Source: Deltaproteobacteria bacterium (GTDB taxonomy: Bacteria > Myxococcota > Kuafuiibacteriia > Kuafuiibacteriales > Kuafuiibacteriaceae). Taken from it: a stretch of 64,000 nt of DNA. Positions within the stretch are counted from its first letter, which is position 1; each line of letters begins with the position of its first letter. A program made the position numbers and the translations under genes. The notes below the pieces were generated by a model, which saw only the letters and a list, made by a program, of their open reading frames with translations, ran no database searches and had not been told where the DNA came from. The stretch is taken from positions 256,001-320,000 of the forward strand of contig JAVJQW010000050.1 of assembly GCA_040218735.1 (NCBI GenBank), read 5' to 3'. Positions 1-8,858 of this stretch are shown in pieces.

Positions 1-890
1 AGCGCGGTGGTGGCGAGGTCCCGCTGGTCCCGATTGAGGTGGGAGTCGAGGAGCAACGTCGTCATGCCCATGAAGCCGTTGATCGGCGTCCGGATCTCGT
101 GGCTCATGTTGGCGAGGAACTGAGCCTTCGCGCGCGCCGCCGCCTCCGCATCGTCGCGCATTCGAACGAGCTCGACGTCACGCGCCTGGAGCTGGTCGAG
201 CATCTCGTTGAACGACCGCGTGAGCGCGCCGATGCCGAGCTCGTCCTCGCCGGTGTAGACCGCGCGGATCTGGTAGTCGCGCTGTTCGGAGATCTTCTTC
301 GCGGTCTCGACGAGCTTCGCGACGGGCTTCGAGAGGATCGTCCGCAGCCGAGCGGAGAGGAAGTAGACGATGATCGTGAGGATCAGGACGGTGAGCGCCG
401 CGATGAGGCCGTACCGCTGGATGCGTCCGTGCAGCCGGTCCGAGAAGTCACAGCGCAGGTAGAGCGTGCCGACCTCCTCGTCTTGCGAGTGAATCGTTGC
501 GCCGTACTCCGCACGCGCGCTTTCGATGGACCAGCCGAGGGCCGGCGGGTTCGGCGGGCACGCGCTGCGTTGGCTGTGCGGGTACGCGCCCACGAGCGCA
601 CCGTCCCGATTGTAGAGGCACCCGTACTCGATCATGTTGCCGCGCGAGAGCGACTGCATGCCGTCCTCCGCCGCGAGGGCGTCGTCGAACGCGAGGGCCG
701 CGCTGAGGTGCTCGCCCATGATGTTCGAGACGAGCTCGAGCTCGTCCATCACCGCGCGGCGTGCGACGAACCACTCGTACGCGAGGAACCCACCCGACGC
801 GAACAACAGCGCGCCCATGGACACTGCGACGATCGCCACCGTGAGGCGTCGGCGAACCGAGGAGCTGTCATGTGTATCGACTCGATGCAC
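1..890 (-). CDS. Membrane sensor histidine kinase (TM, periplasmic sensor, HAMP, HisKA); C-terminus runs off the window
   Basis: Not in the ORF track. Reverse-strand translation from GTG at 890 gives a TM helix ([18 protein letters not shown]) and the H-box [23 protein letters not shown] near position 100. Confidence 0.9.
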   Translation of the reverse strand, partial: MHRVDTHDSSSVRRRLTVAIVAVSMGALLFASGGFLAYEWFVARRAVMDELELVSNIMGEHLSAALAFDDALAAEDGMQSLSRGNMIEYGCLYNRDGALVGAYPHSQRSACPPNPPALGWSIESARAEYGATIHSQDEEVGTLYLRCDFSDRLHGRIQRYGLIAALTVLILTIIVYFLSARLRTILSKPVAKLVETAKKISEQRDYQIRAVYTGEDELGIGALTRSFNEMLDQLQARDVELVRMRDDAEAAARAKAQFLANMSHEIRTPINGFMGMTTLLLDSHLNRDQRDLATTA

Positions 891-892
891 GA

Positions 893-1423
893 CTACTTCC
901 TCAGGTTGGCCGCGAGCGCCAAGAGTTTGGGGTTGAGGGACAGGCCCGCCGCGCGAACGCGATCGAGGTCGACGTTGAAGCGAACCTGGTCACCGCTCTG
1001 GAAGAGCTGGACCATGCTCGGACAGTCGCGGCGGTCCGTGACGATCAGCGCGTCACTGCGTTCGAGCCCGCACACCTTGGGGAGCGGGACGCCGGAGCCG
1101 ACGAACAAGACGTCGCAGCCGGACGTCGGTGCGTCCGACGCCAACTGAGCGACCGCGATGTCGCGGGAGCCGACGCTCCGCTTCTTCAGGACTTCGAACG
1201 CTCGGAACTGGTCGGTGCGACCAATGACGCAGATGCGGAGCGCGCCCGACGCGTGTGCCTTGGACCACCGGGCGTAGCGCGCAAAGTTGAACGTGTACGC
1301 GACCTTGATCGCCTCGCTGCCGTACCCCGAGCGCTCCGCCGCATCGACGTCGAGAGGTCGCGCCACGAGCGAGCAGACAAGCGCTGAACAGCACAGCGCT
1401 ACGAGGTGGGAAGGGCGCGACAA
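893..1423 (-). CDS. YfiR-like (DUF4154) periplasmic regulator
   Basis: 3' part of ORF 893..1930: signal-like N-terminus, [39 protein letters not shown]. Ends 2 nt before the kinase start. TTG start inferred. Confidence 0.85.
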   Translation of the reverse strand: MSRPSHLVALCCSALVCSLVARPLDVDAAERSGYGSEAIKVAYTFNFARYARWSKAHASGALRICVIGRTDQFRAFEVLKKRSVGSRDIAVAQLASDAPTSGCDVLFVGSGVPLPKVCGLERSDALIVTDRRDCPSMVQLFQSGDQVRFNVDLDRVRAAGLSLNPKLLALAANLRK

Positions 1424-1497
1424 TTCACACAGATCGTCGGAACCCCTGACGCAGAAGAGAGCCCGGGAGCACCGAGTGTCACACCCTGAGGCGTGTT

Positions 1498-3222
1498 TCA
1501 GCGGGCGCGGGCCTGGATCAGCGCGCCGTCGGAGGCGAGCAACACCCACACCCTCCCGGTGCGGTCCACGGCGACGTCGGCGACCGGCCCGTGGCCGATG
1601 TCGACGACGCGCGGGAGGAAGCGCGCGCGCTGGACGTCGTAGATCGTGAGCCCCACTTCGAACGGCGGTGTGGGGCGCGCCACGGCGACGACGGCGGTCG
1701 ACGCGGACAGCGGCGCGAGGCGGACGGGCACCCGCTCGTCGAGATAGAACCGCGCCGCGGCGAGGTTCAGATCGACGTCGATCTGGTGCACGCCCCCGCG
1801 CTCGTTGAGGCTCGCGGAGACGACGGTCTGTCCGCTGGCGAAGTACACGAGGGCGTCGACGTCGTTGCTGACGCCCTCCCCCGTTCCGAGCGCGAGATCC
1901 TGGACGTACGCCTCCGTCGACACGTCCCACAGCTCCACGCGTCCGCCCTGCCCGACCACGGCGAAGCCACCGCCTTCCTCGACGACACGGCCACGACGAT
2001 CCGGCAACATCGTGTGGCGGCTGATCGCGAACGGCTGCATCGTCACGAACACGATCATCGCCGGGAAGCGCTCGGCCTGCGCGACGAGGACCACCTTGCC
2101 GTCGTCTTCGAACGCCGCGAGGTCGAGCGGTTCGTGCGGCGGCGGTCCGACGAGGATGTCGAGCGCGATGCGTCCGATCTCTTGCGCGTTTGCGTCATAC
2201 CGAACGAGGGCGCGCACGCTGCGCGCGTAGTCGACAGCGACGAACCCCGCCCCGACCGGATCCCGCTCGAGCACGAAGAGGCATCCGTCGACCCGACGCA
2301 CGACGGTCCGCGCTCCGGTTTCGGTCGAATAGAACGTGAGGTCCGTCGCGCGCGGCCCCTGCGCACATTCCTCGCGGGTGCTCGCGCCAGCGTAGGTGGC
2401 GACGATCGCGACGTCGCCGTCGACGAGCAACGCCGGCGCAGCCGTCTTCCTCAGATCGATGAGTTTGTCGACCGTGGTCTGGACCGCGACGGTCGTGGTC
2501 TCCACGTCGAACGGCACGAGCTCGTCTTCGGGGATGGAGTAGAGGTCGGTGCGGCAGCTCCCGCAGTCGAACGCAAACGCGCCGAACGGCGGCGGATCAC
2601 CGAGCCGACACGTCTCGCCCTCCGCCTCCAACGTGCGCACATCGCCCGTCTCGGTCAGCTCGACCTCGTAGCCGCCGATGCCGCACTCCGAGACGTCGAC
2701 CGAGAGACGACATCCGCTCTGCACCGGTCCCCGCAGGCAGGGGCGCGGGATGCATCGTACATCGGCGAAGTGCCGCTCGCCGGGCTTCAGCACGAGCGGA
2801 CACGCGTCGAGCCAGTCGACGGTGAGCGGCGCTGGCGCCACGCTGCGGCGTTCGAGCGCCGTGGTCCGGTCCGCGGCGGCACCCTCACCAATCCAGCCGG
2901 GTTCGGGGAGGAGCGGCTCGCGGCCCGACGCGTTGCGGACGATCGACTGCGCGCGCGCTTCGGGCGTCGGTGTGTTCACGACGCCGAGGTCCGCGTCGGT
3001 CCAGCCGTGCACGAACAGCGTCGAAGCGCTGCGACCGACGTCGGCCTCGAGGCTCACCCCCGGCGCGTACGGAACCATCGGCGTGCCCCCGAGGTAGGTG
3101 CCCGCGTCGTCTTCCCAGGTCGCCGCGACGAACGTGATGTCGTCCGGGAGCGCGCCGATCGCGTCGACGTCGGATGCGCCGCACGCGCTGGCGAGCAGCG
3201 CGACGACGGCGACCCGCTTCAC
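1498..3222 (-). CDS. Hypothetical lipoprotein with Cys-rich middle and beta-propeller-like C-terminus
   Basis: GTG start overlaps the upstream stop (GTGA). Lipobox in VKRVAVVALLASAC, multiple Cys, short beta-strand repeats. Confidence 0.75.
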   Translation of the reverse strand: MKRVAVVALLASACGASDVDAIGALPDDITFVAATWEDDAGTYLGGTPMVPYAPGVSLEADVGRSASTLFVHGWTDADLGVVNTPTPEARAQSIVRNASGREPLLPEPGWIGEGAAADRTTALERRSVAPAPLTVDWLDACPLVLKPGERHFADVRCIPRPCLRGPVQSGCRLSVDVSECGIGGYEVELTETGDVRTLEAEGETCRLGDPPPFGAFAFDCGSCRTDLYSIPEDELVPFDVETTTVAVQTTVDKLIDLRKTAAPALLVDGDVAIVATYAGASTREECAQGPRATDLTFYSTETGARTVVRRVDGCLFVLERDPVGAGFVAVDYARSVRALVRYDANAQEIGRIALDILVGPPPHEPLDLAAFEDDGKVVLVAQAERFPAMIVFVTMQPFAISRHTMLPDRRGRVVEEGGGFAVVGQGGRVELWDVSTEAYVQDLALGTGEGVSNDVDALVYFASGQTVVSASLNERGGVHQIDVDLNLAAARFYLDERVPVRLAPLSASTAVVAVARPTPPFEVGLTIYDVQRARFLPRVVDIGHGPVADVAVDRTGRVWVLLASDGALIQARAR

Positions 3223-5048
3223 GTCGCCGCGTCCTCCGTGAGCTCGACGTCGATGCCCACCGCCTTCATGAGGCGCAGCGCGTTCGTCGAGACCACCGGC
3301 CCCGTTCGGAGCTGATAGTCGAACTGGATCTGGCGCTGGTTCACGTCGTCGGAGAAGTGCGCGTTCGTCGCGAGCCCCGGCGGGAGGTCCTCCGCGACCT
3401 TCGCGAGGGAGAGGTCGTGGGTGGTGACGATGCCCGTCGCACCGCTCTTCGAGAGCCAGCGAATCACCGAGGTCGCGCCGATGAAACGCTCGCGGCTGTT
3501 CGTCCCGTGGAGCATCTCGTCCAGGAGGTACAGGCAGTCCTCCTGGTGCGCGGCCGCCTCGTCGACGACGTACTTGAGACGTTTGAGCTCCGCGTAGAAG
3601 TGCGACGTCCCGGACGCCAGCGAGTCGACGATGCGCACCGACGTCGCCAGCGAGAACATCGACACACGCAGCGACTTCGCCGCGACGGGCGCACCCGCGC
3701 GCGCCAGCACGAGGTTGATGCCCACCGAACGCAGCAGCGTGCTCTTCCCGCTCATGTTCGACCCGGACAGCAGCAACACGGACCCCGCGCCCTTCAGCGT
3801 GAGGTCGTTCGCCACCACCGCGCGTCGGTCGAGGAGCGGATGCGCGATCTGCTCGGCCTCGAACGTCGACGCCGTCTCGACGAGCTCGGGCATCGTGTAG
3901 TCGGGGCGCTCGTAGAGCAGCGCGGCGAACGACGCGAGCGCCTCCGCCTCGCCGATCGCCTCGAACCACCCGCGCAGCCGCGGCCCCGCGGAAGCGCGCC
4001 ACTGGTCGGCGCGCAACACGAAGTTGAGATCCCACAGCAGCGCCGGCCCGAACGTCAGCGCGAAGAAGACGTTGAGGCGCGCGTCGAGGCGGTTGACGAT
4101 CTTCTCGAGCGCGACGATCTGCTGCGACGCCGCGACACCGTCCGCCGACAGCCGCGACTTCAACGCGGACATACGCGGGCTTTGGTACTGCCCGGACTCG
4201 ATCGCCTCGATCAGCCGCGCAAACCGCGACAGGAACCGCTCCGGCCCGGAGATGACGTGCGCGCGCTGCTCCACCGCCTTGCGCGTGAGCACCAGCGTCG
4301 CCGCCTGCGTGATGATCGCCACCGCGAGGGGCCAGCCGTTCGCGGTGAAGTAGTAGAACAAGTAGGTCGCGAACAGCGCGATGGGCTGCACGATACCGAG
4401 CACCCGGAGGACCTTGGCGTTGGCGAGCGGTGCACCCTTCTCGGCCCACTCCAGGAGCTCGGAGTCTTCGATGCGCCCCAGCTCTTCCCCCGCCGCCGCC
4501 GCGACGTAGCGCTCACGGAGATCGAGATCGGCGGCGAGCTCGGTGACGGCGGCCTGACGCGACAGCGCCTCTTCGCGATCCGCCATCTCCCCGAGGTAAC
4601 GCCCCAGCGTGCGCCGGCCCTCGGCGGTGCTCACGCGGCTGATCAGCTGGAAGAGCGACGCGGGTCCGTACAAGTCGAGGTCGCCGGCGTAGTGCGTCTC
4701 GGCGTCGTAGGGCGCAGCGAGGTCGGCCCCGTCGTCGGCGAGCTCACGCCACTTCTCCTCGAGGCGCATGAGCCCCTCTTCGTAGAAGCGCACCGCAGCG
4801 GCGGCCTGTCGGCGCCGCGCAAACGCCTTGTCCTGCAGCACGCCGAGCAGGACGAACGCACCGGCGATCGGGACGAGGCCCCACCACGGCCCGCCGTGCC
4901 GGATGAACAACGGCAACAACAGGAGCACGACGGTGACGAGCGCGAGCACGAGCCGCACGTTGCCGAGCCGGTCGGCGCGCGCCGTCGCCTCGGCGAGGGC
5001 TTCGCGACGAGCGGTGAGCCGCTCGTGGTAGGTCGTCTCGGCGGACAC
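3219..5048 (-). CDS. MutS-related ATPase (domain V) with N-terminal transmembrane helices
   Basis: Walker A GSNMSGKST, SHFYAELKRL, LLDEMLHGTNSRER, TTHD, and hydrophobic N-terminal segments. Confidence 0.9.
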   Translation of the reverse strand: MSAETTYHERLTARREALAEATARADRLGNVRLVLALVTVVLLLLPLFIRHGGPWWGLVPIAGAFVLLGVLQDKAFARRRQAAAAVRFYEEGLMRLEEKWRELADDGADLAAPYDAETHYAGDLDLYGPASLFQLISRVSTAEGRRTLGRYLGEMADREEALSRQAAVTELAADLDLRERYVAAAAGEELGRIEDSELLEWAEKGAPLANAKVLRVLGIVQPIALFATYLFYYFTANGWPLAVAIITQAATLVLTRKAVEQRAHVISGPERFLSRFARLIEAIESGQYQSPRMSALKSRLSADGVAASQQIVALEKIVNRLDARLNVFFALTFGPALLWDLNFVLRADQWRASAGPRLRGWFEAIGEAEALASFAALLYERPDYTMPELVETASTFEAEQIAHPLLDRRAVVANDLTLKGAGSVLLLSGSNMSGKSTLLRSVGINLVLARAGAPVAAKSLRVSMFSLATSVRIVDSLASGTSHFYAELKRLKYVVDEAAAHQEDCLYLLDEMLHGTNSRERFIGATSVIRWLSKSGATGIVTTHDLSLAKVAEDLPPGLATNAHFSDDVNQRQIQFDYQLRTGPVVSTNALRLMKAVGIDVELTEDAAT

Positions 5049-5062
5049 GTCGGCCCCCGCGA

Positions 5063-5782
5063 CTATTCGTTATCGGAACGGCCGCTCTCGTCGGCGGGCG
5101 GCGGGACGTCCGGCGTCTCGGGGACGATGTCCGGCGTCTCCGGCACGGTCGCCGGTTGGGTCTCGGTCTTCGGGCGCGCCCCGACGCCGATCTCCACGTC
5201 GTAGCGGACGTCGAGGCGGTCACTCGTGTCGAGCGAGATGTCGGAGCGTTCGTACGCGACGATGTTCAGGCGCGTCTCCTTGCCTTCGGGGACGTTGAGC
5301 GAGTACCGCGAGTCGACCTTGAACTTGTAGCCGTCGAGGTACGTGAACACACCGACGGACTTGCCGCGGTAGACGAGGCTGACTTCGATGATGTGCTGCC
5401 CGGGGGTGATCGGGCCGTTGTACAGCTCGAACGACTTCGCCTCGTCGAGCGAGCCGTCGGTGTTCTCCTTGGAGAAGATGACGCCACCGTCGAGCGTGTA
5501 GACCGCGCGCTCGAGCTCGAAGTTGGAGCTCATCGCGTTGTCGTGCTCGATGATGGCCCGCGTGCGCGCGATGATCCCGCCGAGCGCGCTGTCCTTCAGC
5601 GAGGCGAGCAACCCCTCGGTCTCGGCGATCCGGCGATCGAGATCGTCGATGCGCTCGTGGAACGTCGTCAGCAGCGACTGGTGACCTTCGAGCGACTCCC
5701 CCGCGACCGAGGACGTCGAGGCCTGCGCCCAAGCGTTGGTGCTGAACAGGAGAACAGCCAGAGTCAGGAGCCACCGCATCAT
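5063..5782 (-). CDS. Secreted hypothetical protein (coiled coil plus beta domain, myxobacterial family)
   Basis: Signal peptide MMRWLLTLAVLLFSTNAWA, coiled coil, GVFTYLDGYKFKV motif, PET-rich tail. 3' part of ORF 5063..7360. Confidence 0.75.
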   Translation of the reverse strand: MMRWLLTLAVLLFSTNAWAQASTSSVAGESLEGHQSLLTTFHERIDDLDRRIAETEGLLASLKDSALGGIIARTRAIIEHDNAMSSNFELERAVYTLDGGVIFSKENTDGSLDEAKSFELYNGPITPGQHIIEVSLVYRGKSVGVFTYLDGYKFKVDSRYSLNVPEGKETRLNIVAYERSDISLDTSDRLDVRYDVEIGVGARPKTETQPATVPETPDIVPETPDVPPPADESGRSDNE

Positions 5783-5929
5783 CGGAGTTGGATTAGCACC
5801 CTTTGCGCTCGAGTGCACAGGGTGAGTATCGACCCGAAAGCGCGCATCTTGAGGCCGAAAGTGCGGCTTCGAAACCGCACCGCGCCGCGCGGTTGACGGG
5901 TCCCACGGCCTGTTCGTAGGTCTCGAAAC

Positions 5930-7909
5930 ATGAGCGGCGCGCCGGACGAGCCCCACGTGCCCGCAAGCGCGAACCTCCCGGAGATCACGCTGAAGGCGGT
6001 GATCCTCGGGCTCGTCCTCTCCGCGCTGCTGTCCGCCGCCAACGCGTACCTCGGGCTGTTTGCGGGGCTCACCGTGTCGGCGTCGATCCCCGCCGCGGTG
6101 ATCTCGATGGCCGTTTTGAAGGTCCTCGGCGGAAACATCCTCGAGAACAACATCGTCCAGACCGCGGCGTCCGCCGGCGAGAGCATGGCGGCCGGCGTCA
6201 TCTTCACGATCCCCGCCCTCGTCATCCTCGGGACCTGGGCCGAGTTCGACTACTGGGAGACGACGATGATCGCGGGCTTCGGCGGCCTGCTCGGCGTGCT
6301 CTTCACCATCCCGCTGCGCCGCGCGCTCATCGTCGAGACGCCGCTCGAGTTCCCGGAGGGCGTGGCGACCGCGGAGGTGCTGAAGGTCGGCGAGTCCGGC
6401 GGCGGCGGCGGCATCAAACACATCTTCACCTCCGGCGCGATCGGCGCGCTCTTCAAGCTCGGCGAATCCGGGCTGCGCCTGTGGCACGGCACCATCGAAG
6501 AGGCGCGCTACGCCGGTTCCACGATCCTGTACTTCGGTTCGAACCTCTCCCCCGCGCTCGTCGCCGTCGGCTACATCGTGGGCCTGGAGATCGCGGTGCT
6601 GGTCTTCATCGGCGGCGCCCTGAACTGGCTCGTCGCCATCCCGATCCTCGCGGTCGTCGAAGGCGTGCCGGAGGGCGTCGGCGCCGTGGAGGCGGCGGGG
6701 GAGCTGTGGTCGACGCAGACCCGCTACCTCGGCGTCGGATCGATGGTGGTCGGCGGTCTGTGGGCGCTCGTCAGCCTGCGCAAGTCGCTCGTCGCGGGGG
6801 TGCGCTCCAGCTTCGAAGCCTACCGCCGCATGCGCGACGGCGGCGACGGCGCGACGCTCCGCACCGAGCGCGACATGCCGATGCAGTGGGTCGGCGCTGC
6901 GCTCGTCTTCTCGCTGATCCCGCTCGGGCTGATCTTCTTCCACGTGACCGGCGTGTGGTGGGTCGCCGCGATCATGTCGGTGGTGATGCTCATCGCGGGG
7001 TTTCTGTTCTCCGCGGTCGCGGGGTACATGGCGGGGCTCGTCGGCTCTTCGAACAACCCGATCTCCGGGGTGACGATCGCGACGATCCTGACCTCGTCGC
7101 TGATGCTCCTCGCGCTCCTCGGGCGCGAGAGCAAGGTCGGGCCGGCGGCGGCGATCCTGATCGGCAGCGTGGTGTGCTGCGCGGCGGCGATCGCGGGCGA
7201 CAACATGCAGGACCTCAAGGCGGGCCGCATCGTCGGGGCGACGCCGTTCAAACAACAGATCATGCAGGTGGTCGGCGTGCTGGGGGCGGCGGTCGTCGCG
7301 GCGCCGATCCTCACGCTGCTCCTCGAAGCCTACGGCATCGGCGTCCCGACCGAGGCGCACCCGGATCCGCTGCGCGCCCCGCAGGCGACGCTGATGGCGA
7401 GCGTCGCCGAGGGTGTCTTCGCGGGGGGCCTACCGTGGACGATGGTCGCGATCGGGATGGTCGTCGCCGTCGCGGTGATCGCGCTGGACCAGTGGCTCGC
7501 GCGCCGCGGCAGCACGTTCCGCACGCCGGTCCTCGCGGTGGCGGTGGGCATCTACCTGCCGTTCGAGCTGTCGGTACCGATCCTCGTGGGCGGCCTCGTC
7601 GCGCACCTCGCGAAGCGCGCGTTTGCGAAGCGGCTGGCGGCGGCGAAGGGCGATCAACGCGAGGCGATCGAAGAGGCGCAAACGGAGGGTTCGCGGAACG
7701 GGTTGTTGTTCGGGGCGGGGTTGATCACGGGGGAGGCGTTGGTGGGGATCGCGATGGCGGTGCCGATCGTGTTGACGGGGGACAAGAACGTGTTGGCGGT
7801 GTTCGGGGCGAGTGATGCGGCGTGGCCGGGCGCCGTCCTCCTCGGCCTGGTCGTCCTCCTCACCTACCGCGTCGCCGCCAAGGCCCCGAGGGAAGCAGAA
7901 CGTCCCTGA
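5930..7909 (+). CDS. OPT-family oligopeptide transporter
   Basis: NAYLGLFAGLTVSASIPAAV, FPEGVATAEV, GSSNNPISG, DNMQDLKAG, APQATLM; polytopic membrane protein. Confidence 0.95.
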   Translation: MSGAPDEPHVPASANLPEITLKAVILGLVLSALLSAANAYLGLFAGLTVSASIPAAVISMAVLKVLGGNILENNIVQTAASAGESMAAGVIFTIPALVILGTWAEFDYWETTMIAGFGGLLGVLFTIPLRRALIVETPLEFPEGVATAEVLKVGESGGGGGIKHIFTSGAIGALFKLGESGLRLWHGTIEEARYAGSTILYFGSNLSPALVAVGYIVGLEIAVLVFIGGALNWLVAIPILAVVEGVPEGVGAVEAAGELWSTQTRYLGVGSMVVGGLWALVSLRKSLVAGVRSSFEAYRRMRDGGDGATLRTERDMPMQWVGAALVFSLIPLGLIFFHVTGVWWVAAIMSVVMLIAGFLFSAVAGYMAGLVGSSNNPISGVTIATILTSSLMLLALLGRESKVGPAAAILIGSVVCCAAAIAGDNMQDLKAGRIVGATPFKQQIMQVVGVLGAAVVAAPILTLLLEAYGIGVPTEAHPDPLRAPQATLMASVAEGVFAGGLPWTMVAIGMVVAVAVIALDQWLARRGSTFRTPVLAVAVGIYLPFELSVPILVGGLVAHLAKRAFAKRLAAAKGDQREAIEEAQTEGSRNGLLFGAGLITGEALVGIAMAVPIVLTGDKNVLAVFGASDAAWPGAVLLGLVVLLTYRVAAKAPREAERP

Positions 7910-7953
7910 AATTCGAATTCACCGTTGGCGGCCTTCGCCGATCTCCGCCTCTT

Positions 7954-8745
7954 CTACTCCGACAGGTGCGCAAGCGCCGGCGCATCCGAGCGCACCGGCC
8001 ACGGCACCTCCACCGCCTCGTGCACGTTCACGCCGCGCGGCGTGCCCATGACGTCGAGCATCACCTTCAGGTCCGCGAACTCCCACGCGTAGCGCGACTG
8101 CGTGTACAGCGGGAACGCATCGGCGCTCGGCGCGTCGGGGAGCGGTCGCTTCACCATCTTCGGTTCGCCGTAAGTCTTGGTCAGCGCGTCGAGCGTCGCC
8201 TTCGCGTCGTGCCATGCGGCCTGCGACGTCTTGTGGTTGCGGCGGTACGAGGCGTGGCGCACCGGGTGCTCCGGCGAGTCGAGCACGAAGAGCACACGTC
8301 CCACGCCGTCGCGTTCGCGATCCGCGAGCTGGGCGGCCTTCGTGTCCTCGCAGGAGTAACGAACCTGTGGGTTCTTCTCCATCGGGCTCTTCTTCTTCGC
8401 CGACGCGCTGCTCGTCGCGTCGACCTCGATGCCCTGCGCCATCTTCTCCTCGCGCTCCTTCTTCTTCATCGCGCGCATCTGCTTCATCAGCGCGCGCGCC
8501 GACGTGTCCTTGCAGTCGAGGCCACGCGCCGAGGCGAGGCCCTTCACGTCGTCGAAGGTGCTCTTCCCGACTTCGACCCCGAGCAGCGCCGTGGTCGGCG
8601 CGCGCGGGCCGGGCCCGAGCTCGGCAAAGTCAGGGAGGACGACCTCATCGGCCGCACGACGCATCATGATGCCGCGCCAGCTGTAGTACGCGCCGGCGGC
8701 GACGATCGCGATGACGGGGACGAGGAAGAGGAGCTTCTTCTTCAT
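7954..8745 (-). CDS. Hypothetical membrane-anchored or exported basic protein
   Basis: RBS and ATG, N-terminal hydrophobic anchor, genome-typical codon use. Confidence 0.7.
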   Translation of the reverse strand: MKKKLLFLVPVIAIVAAGAYYSWRGIMMRRAADEVVLPDFAELGPGPRAPTTALLGVEVGKSTFDDVKGLASARGLDCKDTSARALMKQMRAMKKKEREEKMAQGIEVDATSSASAKKKSPMEKNPQVRYSCEDTKAAQLADRERDGVGRVLFVLDSPEHPVRHASYRRNHKTSQAAWHDAKATLDALTKTYGEPKMVKRPLPDAPSADAFPLYTQSRYAWEFADLKVMLDVMGTPRGVNVHEAVEVPWPVRSDAPALAHLSE

Positions 8746-8858
8746 GGCGATCTCTTTCGTTTCGTTCGGGGTTCGTTCGGATTGTCGGGACAGGTTGGCC
8801 CGGAGTCGGTGCCCGGCGAAAGGGGTGCACCGAACACCGACTCCGAGACCGAACAGGC

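Noticed and set aside
3219-5048. Canonical mutS or mutS2
   Set aside because: No mismatch-binding or Smr domain and it has TM helices, so no gene symbol was assigned.
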